The position numbers and the translations under genes are program-made. DNA of 20,000 nt, taken from positions 172,739 to 192,738 of the forward strand of contig MEDY01000054.1 in the NCBI GenBank assembly GCA_001724265.1. Direction: 5' to 3'. Below the pieces are notes generated by a model. That model did not search any database, had not been told where the DNA came from, and was given only the letters and a program-made list of their open reading frames with translations. Shown here piece by piece: positions 19,410 to 20,000 of the stretch (position 1 is its first letter; each line of letters begins with the position of its first letter). The DNA is from Rhizaria sp. SCN 62-66 (lineage: Eukaryota).

Positions 19410-20000
19410 ATGTCCCTGTCCGCGCCCCTCTCCGGCAGCAGCAGTGCTGTCGCAACTATGGCTGCTGGCTCCGGCTCCGCCGCCGCGCCCCGGCGCCGCG
19501 CGGGCCGTCCCTCGGCGGCCGCGCTGCTGCTCTCGCTGCTCGCGCTGGTTGCCGCACTCGCTGCGTCCCCGCACGCCGGCGCCCTCGTTGCCGCCGACGC
19601 CGCCGCCGACGCCGCCGCTGCTGCCGACGCCGCTCAGTCGGCGCGCGCGCTGGAGCAGCTCAAGGCGGAGCTTCCGCAGCGCGGCGCCGCGATGCCCTAC
19701 AAGGCCGCGGCCGCCGCCGCCGCCGCCAACGCCGCCAACGCCGCCGCCGCCATGGCCGCCGCGGCCGCCAACACCGCCAACGGCGCCAACAGTGGCAACA
19801 CCATTGCCAACGCCGCCAACGCAGCGGCCAACGCCGCCGCGGGCGCCGCCGTCGCGAGCACGCCCGCGGTTGCGCTGTCGGGCCCGGCCGCCGCGACGGC
19901 CAACGCTGCTGCCGCCGCCGCCGCCGCCGCCGCCGCGCGCGCCGCGGCGACGCAGACGGCCTTCGCCAAGGCCGCCGCCGCGCGCGCCGCCAACGCCCGC
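19410..20000 (+). CDS. Ala/Asn-rich protein with N-terminal signal peptide or signal anchor, 3'-truncated by window; function unknown
   Basis: Open frame from ATG 19410 (or in-frame ATG 19458) to the window end: MSLSAPLSGSSSAVATMAAGSGSAAAPRRRAGRPSAAALLLSLLALVAALAASPHAGALVAADAAAD...ANAANAAAA. A basic patch is followed by a hydrophobic stretch, with GC3-rich codons. It is absent from the ORF track because no stop falls in the window. Confidence 0.75.
   Translation, partial: MSLSAPLSGSSSAVATMAAGSGSAAAPRRRAGRPSAAALLLSLLALVAALAASPHAGALVAADAAADAAAAADAAQSARALEQLKAELPQRGAAMPYKAAAAAAAANAANAAAAMAAAAANTANGANSGNTIANAANAAANAAAGAAVASTPAVALSGPAAATANAAAAAAAAAAARAAATQTAFAKAAAARAANAR

Overview
Gene-dense eukaryotic (protist-like) genomic DNA. 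Very GC-rich, Ala/Ser/Gln-repeat-laden exons are separated by AT-rich intergenic DNA and short GT-AG introns (GTACG...CGCAG). It holds six protein genes: (1) the 3' exons of a TMEM43/LUMA-family membrane protein (+); (2) a ~1350-aa intronless protein (-) that reads as a domesticated, catalytically dead piggyBac-type transposase with a split C-terminal Cys-rich domain and an unknown N-terminal domain; (3) a two-exon GNL1-like circularly permuted GTPase (-); (4) a NIMA-related (NEK) kinase (+); (5) a REX4-like DEDDh exonuclease-fold protein that has lost its catalytic residues (-); (6) the 5' part of an Ala/Asn-rich, probably secreted or membrane-anchored protein (+). The most notable items are the piggyBac-derived pseudo-transposase, its in-frame TAG followed by 59 more coding-like codons, and the REX4 pseudo-nuclease. 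All family calls come from motif recognition by eye; no database searches were run.
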